Part shown: positions 50,748 to 64,000 of the stretch, one piece after another
Numbering within the stretch: position 1 is the first letter of the stretch
How the letters are laid out: each line of letters opens with the position of its first letter
NCBI RefSeq assembly: GCF_009914755.1
Contig: NC_060928.1
Strand: one strand, 5' to 3'
Length of the DNA: 64,000 bases
From: the human T2T-CHM13v2.0 reference genome, Homo sapiens
The notes under the pieces: generated by a model
The model's input: the letters and a program-made list of their open reading frames with translations, nothing else
Database searches by the model: none
What the model was told of the DNA's origin: nothing
Translations under genes and position numbers: made by a program

Positions 50748-51094
50748 CAGTCAACATTCCATATTTGAAAAAAAAAAAACCCAAATCATTCTGTATTTGC
50801 AGGTTTGCATCCTCGAATTCAACCAACTAGGGGTTGAAAATATTTTAAAAAGGCAATCAAAATAATACAAATAAAAAATACTGTACAACTATTTACATAG
50901 CATATACATTGTATTGATATTATAAGTAATCTAGAGATGATTTAAAATATACAGGAGGATGTGCATAAGTTCTATGCAAATACTTCACCATTTTATATAA
51001 AAAGACTTTAGTATCCTTGAGATTTGGTATCTGTCGGGGAGGCAGGGAGGTGATGTCCTGGAGCCAGTCTCCCAGAATACCAAGGGATGGCTAC
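50748..51094. mobile_element. MER2 (Tigger-family) DNA transposon
   Basis: aattcaaccaac...tattataagtaatctagagatgatttaaa...tatgcaaatac...ataccaagggatggct. Confidence 0.8.
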
Positions 51095-51240
51095 ACTTTC
51101 CAATTAGGAAACTCTATTTATTAGAGACCTGAAAGGTAAATAAAAATAAACTAAGAAAAAAATACTTGTTACACATGCACCTAACAATATATTGACATTT
51201 GGACATAAATAATTCCTATAGCAATAACAAAGTTACAAAC

Positions 51241-51633
51241 TGATATGGTTTGGGTTTCTGTCCCCACCCAAATCTCATGTCAAATTGTTACTCCCAATGT
51301 TGAAGATCAGGCCTGGTGGGAGGTAACTGGATCATGGGGGCAGAGTTCTCATGAATGGATTAGCACCATCCCCCACTTAGTACAGTATAGTGAGTTCTCA
51401 CAAGATCTGGTTGTTTGAAAGTTTGCAGCACCTTTTCCCCTGCTCTCTTGGTCCTGCTTCTCCTCCTGCTTTGCCTTCCACCATAAGTAAATGCTCTCTG
51501 AGGCCTCCCGAGAAGTCGAAGCTGCTATGCTCCCTATACAGCCTGCAGAACCTTGAGCCAAGTAAACCTCTTTTCTTCATAAATTACCCAGTCTCAGGTA
51601 TCGCTTTATAAGAGTGGGAGAATGTACTAATAC
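51241..51633 (+). mobile_element. MSTA-like MaLR LTR
   Basis: tgatatggtttgggtttctgtccccacccaaatctcatgtc...ctaataca; acaaac on both flanks. Confidence 0.88.
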
Positions 51634-51873
51634 ACAAACCCATTGAAAAAGACACATATTTCATAGAACAAAAAACTAAAATGGTTAATAAACAGAGAGA
51701 AAGATGCTTCACACATTAGTAGTCAGGAAAATTTAAATTACGATTTCTGCAAATACTATTTGTTCTTCATTAAATTGGCTAAAATTTAAAAAGATTGACA
51801 AATCAAAATATTGCTAAAGATGTGACTCAATAATTTATTTCTTGCCACTAGGAGTAAACATTTCTAAGATATT

Positions 51874-51913
51874 ATCAGACAAGATCTGGTGTGTTCAGGG
51901 TGGTCTATGACTC
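51874..51913 (-). pseudogene. 5S rRNA 5'-fragment retropseudogene (tailless)
   Basis: atcagacaagatctggtgtgttcagggtggt matches the reverse complement of 5S rRNA (ATCAGACGAGATCGGGCGCGTTCAGGGTGGT) at 27/31 nt; flanked by ctaagatatta/ctaagttatta. Confidence 0.75.
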
Positions 51914-51944
51914 CTAAGTTATTAAAAAATTATTACTAATTTTT

Positions 51945-54238
<2,294 letters not shown>

Positions 54239-54419
54239 TCCCTTAATATTCCATATGAATTTTAGGAGAGTGCTACTAACTTTTAAAATTGAATATGCAC
54301 GTATCTTATGACCCTACAAATCTACTTACAGAGAAACTCTTGAATAAGTGCATCGAGAGTCATAAACATGAATGCTCACAGCCACATTTTTATTTTTACT
54401 ATCATAAATAAACGGAGAA

Positions 54420-54935
54420 ATCACTGGGTCTGGCTTGTTTACATTTAGATTTATCCCATTGCCTTTCCCTTACTTAGTCTTTTCTGTATCCCAAAAGGCT
54501 ATATTTCTTAGGCCCCTTTGCTTTTTGGTTTCCAGGTAGGTTTGACCAATGGGAAACAATAGCCAAATATTGGAGTGTGAGAGAAGGGGAAACCCAGTGT
54601 ATTTTTCTTCTTATCTTTCTGCTGTCTCCCTTGTGGACATAGCTTCCTCTGATCAATCATTGCTTAGATAGTTCCAGGTCCTGCAAGGAAGACTTTGCCA
54701 TGATTCCAGCTCTCATTAGATAGTTTTATCTTCTCAATTCTGATAGTGCCACTTGCTCCATCCAGTTGTCTCTCCAGATTTAGCAGTTTCAGTGGTTTCC
54801 TGCTGTTGGGTTATTTTGTATCCTTTTTGGCTTCTAAGTTCTTCCATTATCTACTTAATTAAATCCCTATATTAAATTTCCTTTATTTGAAATACCTACA
54901 GTGTTTTCTGTTTCCTCCTAGATTCTGCCTAATAC
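54420..54935 (+). mobile_element. Ancient ERVL LTR (LTR33/LTR41-like)
   Basis: ggtttgaccaatgggaaac...attaaatttcctttatttgaaatacct...ctaataca. Confidence 0.5.
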
Positions 54936-55377
54936 AAACTCAGACATCTGTTAATAGGCTGCTGAAAAACTAAATGCCCCTATTTAATAATATTTAGCAG
55001 AAAAAAATGAATGAATTATAGCTACATGCAACAAAATAAATATGTTTTGGAAACACGGAGTAAAAGGGAAAAAGCAAGTGCTTGAAGACTGCATCCAGCT
55101 CAATATCATATGTTAAACTCAAATAACAAAACAAAAACCAAGGAAGACTGAGCATTATGTTGTTAAAAGATGTATTTGTGATTAAATTATTTTTAAATCA
55201 AAACGATTAAACTACAAAATTCAAGACAATGATTACCTCTGATAAAAAATTTGGGATATGAAAGAAGCACCTAGATTTATTCATTGATATCAGAAAGGTT
55301 CTAATTCCCACGTTGTGTGGTAGGTTCAGGAATATTCTTCTTGTTGTTATGCTTCATAATTTGCAAGGGTGTTATGT

Positions 55378-56215
<838 letters not shown>

Positions 56216-57039
56216 ATATATATTATTTGCATATTATTTTCTGCTCCAAACATTATCCCATAACTTAAAAAAATTAACATATGTTGTTTTAAATGACACA
56301 CATCAAAACAAAGTGAAACAAAATTTAAATGTAAAAAGATACAGGTATACATGTGTATATGTATACGTGTGTGTGTGTATATATATATAAATATATACAT
56401 GTGACACTTTTCATATTAAAACTAAACAAGGATAGGAGTAGCAATGTCTAACAATTACCATGGAAAACAAGAAGGCTTAACAAAATAAAGAAGGCCATTA
56501 TATAACGATAATAGATAAACTATATGGAATCTGTAATAATCATTATCCCATATTCACTGATGAAATAATGCTATAATATGTAGTAAAAAATAAAGAAAAA
56601 TTGGGTTCTTTACATCATTCTTAGTCTTTAAAAAGTTGAACAGAGGAATTAGAAAAAAGACAATCATTGTAACATTGGTTATATATTGACATGTATATAG
56701 ATATATACAGTATATATAGTTAACATTATATTCTAAACCAGGTGCACTTTTTATACAGTTAATGGTATTATAAGACCACAAATAAACTATCAATAAGTTA
56801 TTAAAATATGAAACTGGTAGTCACATTAATTATCATGAAATAAAACTTGGTAATCAATTTTTCAATAGAATCCACCATTCATTGGAAAATTAAAAATTAT
56901 TTTCTCCTTATTACACAGATTCAAATCAAAAATCAATTTTATAGTTACAGAAGATTGTATAAATGACTAAAATGCAGACATTGGGATGAGTTCTCTGTAC
57001 CTTAGCGATGTAGCATGCAAACTTTTCCAGGAGAACCTT

Positions 57040-57272
57040 AGATTTAGAAAAGCACTGCAGTTAGAAGTGTGGGCACTGGTTTCACACTACCTGAGACTTG
57101 AACTCCACTTTCATCACTTGATAGCTGTAGGTCTTGGCAAGTTATCTAGCCTATTTTACCTGTTTCCTCATAGCTTCATTGTGGTAAGGGTTAAAAGAAT
57201 AACTTCTGAAAAGTGTTCAGCACAGCCTTGGCACATAGCAAATTCAGGGAAACATATGCTGTTATTATTATA
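57040..57272 (+). mobile_element. MIR SINE
   Basis: gctgtaggtcttggcaagttatct...cctgtttcctcat...cagcacagccttggcacatagc. Confidence 0.75.
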
Positions 57273-58110
57273 TTAAATCTTCCCCCATTTGACTAAAAAA
57301 CTGAGATATTTTATTGGGTATTGGATTAATAGATTATTTTAGTGAAAGTCGACATATTTACAATATTAAGCATCTTGGTCTTTCTATTAATTCAAGTCTT
57401 TGCATACATTACTCATCACAGTCTTAATGTTTCCTTCATAGGTTTTCCAAATTTTTATTGGAATGTCCCTACAGGCTCATTGTTAGGAATGCTATTAGCT
57501 GTTGATCTGAAATATTTTTATATCTAGTTTATTAAATGTTATTAGGAAAGGTTATTGAATTTTATCAAATACTCTTTCTCTTATTTTCCATATTTATGTG
57601 ACATATTAACTGACACACTTCCAATATTATCCTAATTAACCCATCTTTGTATTATCGTTTAGTTGTGGTAAAGTTTTTCCTTTTATAATACCATCAAATT
57701 ATATCAACAATGTTTTCTTTCATATCCTAATAATTACATTTATCAGTTATATTGTTCAATAGTTTTCTTTTTTTGTATTCTTTTAAATTGGGTTTGAATA
57801 TAATAAAAATACCTGGGAAATTCCTTCTCTATGATTTGGAAAGATTTTTAGTATGACTTATCATATTTTGAGGGCATAAAAAAACTCTGCTTTAGGAAGC
57901 TTTATAGTTGTATTTGATTAGTAGCTTCTTTTCCATTTCTGTCTGTTTTGGTTTTCTACTTCATGAATCAATTTTAATAATTTATATAAATATCAGGTTT
58001 TTAAAACACATATGCTGTAAAGTTGTTTATATTTTTATTGAGAATTCCCTTACAGAAAATATGATTTGGAAGAGCTCATGGAAAATTTTCTTTGACAGAC
58101 AAGCACAATA

Positions 58111-58387
58111 CTTTTTTTTTTACTTTAAGTTCTGGGATACATGTGCAGAACATGCAGGTTTGTTATATAGGTATACATACACCATGGTAGTTTGCTGCAC
58201 CTATCAACCCATCATCTAGATTTTAAGTCCTGCATGCATTAGGTATTTATCCTAATGCTCTCCCTTCCCTTGTCTCCACCCCCTGACAGGCCCCAGTGTG
58301 TGATGTTCCCCTCCCTGTATCCATGTGTTCTGATCGTTCAACTCGCGCTTATGCATGAGAACATGCAGTGTTTGGTTTTCTGTTCCT
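58111..58387 (-). mobile_element. Short L1PA (L1PA7-like) 3' end
   Basis: Poly-T, tactttaagttctgggatacatgtgcagaac...ttggttttctgttcctg; flanks aagcacaatact/aagtacaaact. Confidence 0.9.
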
Positions 58388-59344
58388 GAAGTACAAACTT
58401 CTTTAAGAGCAGCTAGTGACAAGCAGGATACATCAATCTCTTAGTTTAATTTAAAACAAAAACAAAAAGAAAACACTCTGGGACAGAAAATATAATGATC
58501 TTAAAATATCCTAGGGAACTTGCCTCTTCTAGCTGATGCTGCCAAGCTAAGCTTCTTCAGCTCATTAGCTTCTGCTTCATCTCAGGCAGTAGCTACCCAT
58601 GTTGTTTATTGCTTTGGCTCCACTCCTGGTTTTCTGGATCCTTGTTTATTCCTTGGCTGTGATTTTCCCTTGACATCTCAGTTTCTTAGTAAGCTTATCT
58701 TATGAATGGGCTTCTTTGCTATTCTCTGGAGTAAGCTATGCATCTGTCTGTCATTATGCAGTACCAACTCTGGTTGCCTCACAGCAACCTACTCCAACTT
58801 TGGTGGCTTTTGATGCCAGTGCTAACTGTTCACATTCTGATAATCATTTTGAAACATTTTGTTACAACAATGAATGCTATATAGTGAAAAGATAACTGAC
58901 GATATAAATGGAGCCTATTAAATAAGATGCCCCAAGCAATGTCATGGACACTACAAATAATTACATGGACGCATATATCTCTGTGGCATAAAAATGTATT
59001 GTACTCTTTAAAGCAACTTCCAAAATTTTCATTGGAACACTTAAAATAATCATGGGAGAAAGTTTTTATTCCACATTAGCAACTAGCTTTCTTTCTCTGT
59101 AATTTTTAATCATCGCTGATTTAACTCAAAGGAATTCAATATTTGTTGAGTAGGTATTAGAAGCACATTGAGGATTAAAACAGGGAAAATATATCAGCTT
59201 TACCTTTTTCAGTTCAGGAGGAAATATTAATAAATAAATTAATAACTACAAATAGAGCAATAAATAAAACTTGGATAAAGTCCACCTTTAAAGATTCTCT
59301 TCTGGTATTGATTCTAATATATACCTACCCTGGCTAAATAGACA

Positions 59345-62300
59345 TTTTAAAAAATAGACTTTATTTTATAGAACAGTTTTAAATTTACGGAAAAATTCAG
59401 AAAATAGTACTGAGTTTCCCATATGTCACACATCTAGTTTTTCCGATTATTAACATCTTACATTATATGATAAAATGAATCTATATTGATACATTACTAT
59501 TAACAAAAGTTTATACTTTATTTAGATCTTCTTCGTTTTTCTGTAATGCTGTTTCTCTGTTCCAGGATCCAATCCAAGATATCACATTATATTTAGTTGT
59601 CATGTTTTTCTAGGTTCTTCTTACTTGTGACAGTTTCTTAGACTTTCCTTGTTTTTGATTGTCTTTACAGTTTTGAGACATACTCTTCGGGTATATTGTA
59701 GGATGTCCCTCTGTTGGGATTTAATTGTTTTTCTCACGATCAGACTGGGGTTACAGGTTTTGCAGGAAGATTGCAGAGGTAAAGTACAATTCTCGCCACA
59801 TTATATCAAGTATCCATCCTATCAGTATGATATATTGGTGTTGATGTTAATCCTGATCACTGTCTGAGGTAGTGTTTGTCAGGTTTCTCCATAGGTAAGT
59901 TACTCTCTTTTCCCATTTTCTAAACTGAACTCTGAAAGGAAGTCACTATCATCAGTTCCCATTTAAGAAGTGAAGAATTCTACTCCTCCTTCAGAGTGGA
60001 GTATCTACATAAATTTTAGGAATTCTGCATCATGTTTCTTCTCTCCCATATTTATTTATTTATTCAATCACATATTTATTTATATGATTATGGGCTCATG
60101 GATATTAATTTTATACTTCGGGTTATAATCCAACACTACTTTATTTTACTACTCAAATTGTTCCATCTTTGGGCATGAGGAACCCTTTCAGTTGGCTCCT
60201 GTCCCTGACATATCCCCATCAATGTGGGATTTATTTGAGTTCCTTACTTTCCAGAATTACACGATGCTCTAGGATCATCTAATATATTTCCTGAGCCTAG
60301 AATCAGCAATTTTTCCAAGGAGTCCTGGTTCCTGTTATTGTAGAATGACATTAGAAACCAATATCTGGGCTGAAGGTGTGCTTATGGCTTTCGGGTGTTG
60401 TTTTAGGCATTCTCAGCTGGCAAAGCAAATAAATATATGTATGTAAACTAACTCCTGAATATTCATACATCTATAAATATTTGTATATGTAACCATCTGT
60501 ATTTGTATTAAGCTAAAACTGATGTTCCCAACTCTAATCCATTATCATATGGATTATTCTAGCCTCCTCCCATTGCTTATCTGTAAATTGCCACTCCAAA
60601 AATGAGGAACCTGGCTCCTATCATCCACTTCCATTTAAATAACTGTTTAATTCTGGTATACATGTATAGTCATATCAGAATTGGTAATGTAAATCAACAA
60701 CTTTATTAACTAGAGCACAGTGCCTATGTGCAGTTTCTTCTATTGTTAGATTTTTAACCTTGCAATTCCAGTTATTTAGGTCAGCACCTTTTCCGCAGTC
60801 TTTCCCGTGAGATTGTTTCATATAAGTGTAATACAGTTAGATTATCTTGTCACAACCTTCATTCCTTCCTGGAAACCACCAACCTGCTAAATAATGTATT
60901 TTTTCCATTCCTCACAGCACATTTATTTCAGTAATTTTGTTATGTCGGTTCTTAGCATGAGTACAGTGTTACATGATTTTCATGCATATAATCACATCCA
61001 AAACAAGTTCTAAACTTTACACTGTAAACATTCTCATCATATGTAGAAATATTTTAATTGGTGTATTAAGTTTTGCTAACTGATCAAATTTGGAAGATAT
61101 AAAATAATGTCTATTCTAAATTGTGTAGTGAGAATTGTTTGTTAATTACATTTCTACAATGTTAAATAAAGTAATAGGCAAATCTGTCCTGAAAGCATGT
61201 CAAACTTTAGGTAAAACATTAAAAAAGAAACAAATCTGTTAACAAATGAATGTCTGCAATAAAGAACATTAGATTTTTAAAATCTATTATCATACAAAAA
61301 TATAAAGGGTAAATAGAATCTTTGTTGATAAAATATGAGGTAGCATGGATTCACCCCTTTATTGTCTGAGAAATGCAACAGGAGTAAAGAATATTTCCTT
61401 ACCACAAATAATTTTCAGGATGATGTACATATTTCTTTTTGAAATACTTGTTTAAACAAATGTCCCTCCACTTTTTAGTACTGAAAAAGCCATTCCATGT
61501 GATTTAAAAAAAAAAAAAACACTTTTACACATCTAGATAAAATGTGTAAAATGTTTGTATGTATTTAGAACATACAAACAAAATTTAATATCTTATTTTT
61601 CTATGCAAGTCTTGTGGAGAATAAACAGAGTCTTGATTCTGATAACACTGCAGAAAACATAATTTTCCAATGTGAATAATATTTTTTAATATGGTATACT
61701 TTGTTTCCCTCTTCGTGTTGTAAAGTTCTGTAGGTTTTGACAAATGCATAGTGTCACGTGTCTAACATTACAGTATCATACAAAATAGTTTCACTGTCCT
61801 AAAAACCCTCTGTGCTACACACTATTCAAACCTCCACCCTATCTTCTTAACCTTTGGCAACCACTGATCTTTTAACTGACTCTATAATTTTGCCTTTTAT
61901 AGAATGCCATATAATAAAAATCATGCAGTATGTAGCCTTTTCAGACTACCTTCCTTCACTTATCAGTATGTATTTAAGATTCATCTACGTCTTTTTATGG
62001 CTTGGTAGCTTGCTCCTTTTCACTGATGAATAATATCCCATTGTATGAATATTTCACCGCTTATTTAAGAACATCTTGGTTTCTGGAGAATATGAATAAA
62101 GATGCTATAAACATTCATATGGTGGTTTATTGCAGACATATTTTAAAATCAGTTGGGTAAATACATAGGAACATGGTTGCTGGATTGCATGGTTAAATGA
62201 TATTTAGCTTTGTAAGAATCTGCCAAACTGTCTTCCAAAGTGACTGAATCATTTTTTTATTCACCAACAATGAATGAGAGTTCCTGTTGCCACACATCCT

Positions 62301-62745
62301 TGCCAGCATTTCGTATTATCAATTTTTTGGACTTCAGCGGTTCTAATGGGAGTGTAGTGGTATCTCACTGTTGTTTTAATTTGTATTTCCTTAATGATAA
62401 ATGATATTGAATATTTTTCCATTTTTTTTGACCTCTGTATACCTTTTTTGGTGGGTGTTTTCAGATCTTTTGCTCACTTTTAACTGAGTTGCTTTTCTTT
62501 TTTCTTTAATTGTTGAGTTTCAAGAGTTCTTCGTATATTTTGGGTGTAAGTCTTGTAAAAATGTTTTGCGAATATTTTCTCCCAGTATGTGATTTGTTTC
62601 TTTATTAACAGTGTCTTTTGCATGGCAGAAGTTTAAATTGTTTTTTTCTTTTATGAATTGTGATTTAAGTGTTTTATCTAAAGTCTCATTGCCAAACCCA
62701 AGGTCACCTAGATTTTTTCCTGTATTTTCTTCTAGGCTGCTTATT
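59345..62745 (-). mobile_element. L1MC-type LINE 3' region, interrupted at ~60899-61674
   Basis: aatagactttattttatagaacagttttaaatttac (L1MC 3' end) through ORF2-type sequence ending ...ttttcttctagg. Confidence 0.8.
60899..61674 (-). pseudogene. 5'-truncated retrocopy of an unidentified mRNA 3'UTR
   Basis: Non-L1 AT-rich insert with minus-strand AATAAA (60922-60927) 17 nt before a short A tract; duplicated flank aataat(g)tatttttt; L1MC sequence resumes afterwards. Confidence 0.6.
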
Positions 62746-63449
62746 TGTGTCAAATGGATTTAGATCAGCCAGGAAAGAGTAGGGTATCCCATTCTTATTG
62801 ATATGATTTTAAAGAGCATATTTTCTGACAGTCTATGATTTTAAAAAACAAGTTTTCTCAGTAAAAGTGCAGCTATGAAAGACGTTGTTCTGACTCAACA
62901 GCAGCAGCCTGACCTTGGGAGAAAAGTTGTTTCCTGTTAACTTCCCAGCTGGTTTTATCTGTGACTGTTTTTTGTGTGTCTGTCTTAATTTGCAAAATGA
63001 ATGGACAGTCTAATGTTTTACTTTTTCAGAGGGAGCAGATATTTTGCTTCCTCACCACACAAGCTCACCACACAATGCAGGGTTCTTAGCCTGCATCGAC
63101 TTGATCATAACTCAGGAAAAGACAGATATTGGTCAATATTTCCTTCCAAAAGTGGAGATGATAAAGTAGAAGTATAGAAATCCTAAAGTCCAGACCTTCC
63201 TTGTTCAGCCAGGTTTTGCTCCTTCTCCACACACCTTTGTTCTTTTCTCCAACTTCCAAGGAATCTCACAAAGGAAGTGGGAAACAATGAACCTATTACT
63301 TCTTTCCTGCTTTAAATCCAATTCCACGTAGTCACGGAGACTGTTGGGCAGGATCTCTGGCTTGGTGGAAAGTGGGGCGTGCTGCCTAAAGTGATAGTTT
63401 GGAGGCCTTCTCTGTGCCGTCGCTATGGGAATGCCAGCTATATGTTGGC

Positions 63450-64000
63450 TGGGTGCGGGGCCCAGTCGCCAGGCCACACTGCACGCCTCCACATCCTCAG
63501 AGGGCCCGGGACTTGGGTCCTGGCCCCGCCCCCTGCGGACCCGGCACTCTGTCAGTTCCGTCCCCGGTCCTGGGAACCGCTCTTTATCCCACTCTGCGTG
63601 TCTGCCGGAACCTGGCTGGGAAGCGCTACTTGCTGCCCTGCCAGCCCGGGTGAGGGCGGAGCCAGGCCTCCAGCCGCGAGGACTGGAGTCGCGGGAGGTG
63701 GAGCCCCAGTCCGGAAGCCGGGGATCCGCGGCCATGACGGTGCCGGTCCGCGGCTTCTCGCTGCTCCGCGGCCGCCTTGGCCGAGCGCCGGCGTTGGGCA
63801 GAAGCACAGCACCCTCCGTAAGGGCACCGGGAGAGCCCGGGAGTGCGTTCCGGGGCTTTCGGAGCAGCGGTGTGAGGTACGAGGGCTGCGGGCGCCGGGT
63901 GCGGAGCCGCTGGCGGTGGGAGGTCGGCGGGGGCGCGGGCGGCGCTCGCGCGCGTGGGGCCCAAGGCTCGTGGGCGGCCGCGCGGCGGCGGGCTGGGTCG
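63450..64000. promoter_or_regulatory. MTHFD2L: CpG island / MTHFD2L promoter
   Basis: Abrupt GC and CpG enrichment, GC boxes ggccccgccccc (~63522) and gggcgg (~63654), no TATA box. Confidence 0.9.
63734..63876 (+). CDS. MTHFD2L: MTHFD2L exon 1 coding part (mitochondrial targeting peptide); gene continues beyond the window
   Basis: gccATG Kozak context; MTVPVRGFSLLRGRLGRAPALGRSTAPSVRAPGEPGSAFRGFRSSGV(R), Arg-rich presequence; donor AG|GTACGA; matches the known gene order CXCL2-MTHFD2L. Confidence 0.92.

Noticed and set aside
63205-63964. Minus-strand ORFs (200, 91 and 112 aa) over the MTHFD2L CpG island
   Set aside because: Low-complexity Pro/Arg/Ala/Gly products expected from GC-rich DNA antisense to a real exon.

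Overview
Eukaryotic (human) genomic DNA, recognisable as the distal end of the 4q13 CXC-chemokine cluster. It holds the complete 4-exon CXCL2 (GRO-beta/MIP-2alpha) gene on the minus strand (CDS 4721-3357, 107 aa), with its NF-kB/TATA promoter, AU-rich 3'UTR and an upstream (GT)24 microsatellite. At the far end are the CpG island and first coding exon of MTHFD2L on the plus strand. The ~58 kb between them is mostly interspersed repeats: Alu, MIR, L2, MaLR and ERV1 LTRs, L1, and Tigger/hAT DNA transposons. Most ORFs in the supplied track are repeat-derived or spurious. I see no convincing new biological system. The best second-look items are a MER41B LTR with two intact STAT/BCL6-type sites just 3' of CXCL2, a dense AP-1/C/EBP/GAS motif cluster ~10 kb upstream of CXCL2, an apparently end-to-end Charlie3 hAT transposon, candidate upstream non-coding exons, a HERV-W solo LTR inside a 13-kb nested L1 stack, a tailless 5S rRNA retro-fragment and an unidentified 3'UTR retrocopy. 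Repeat subfamily names come from remembered consensus sequences and need RepeatMasker/Dfam confirmation.
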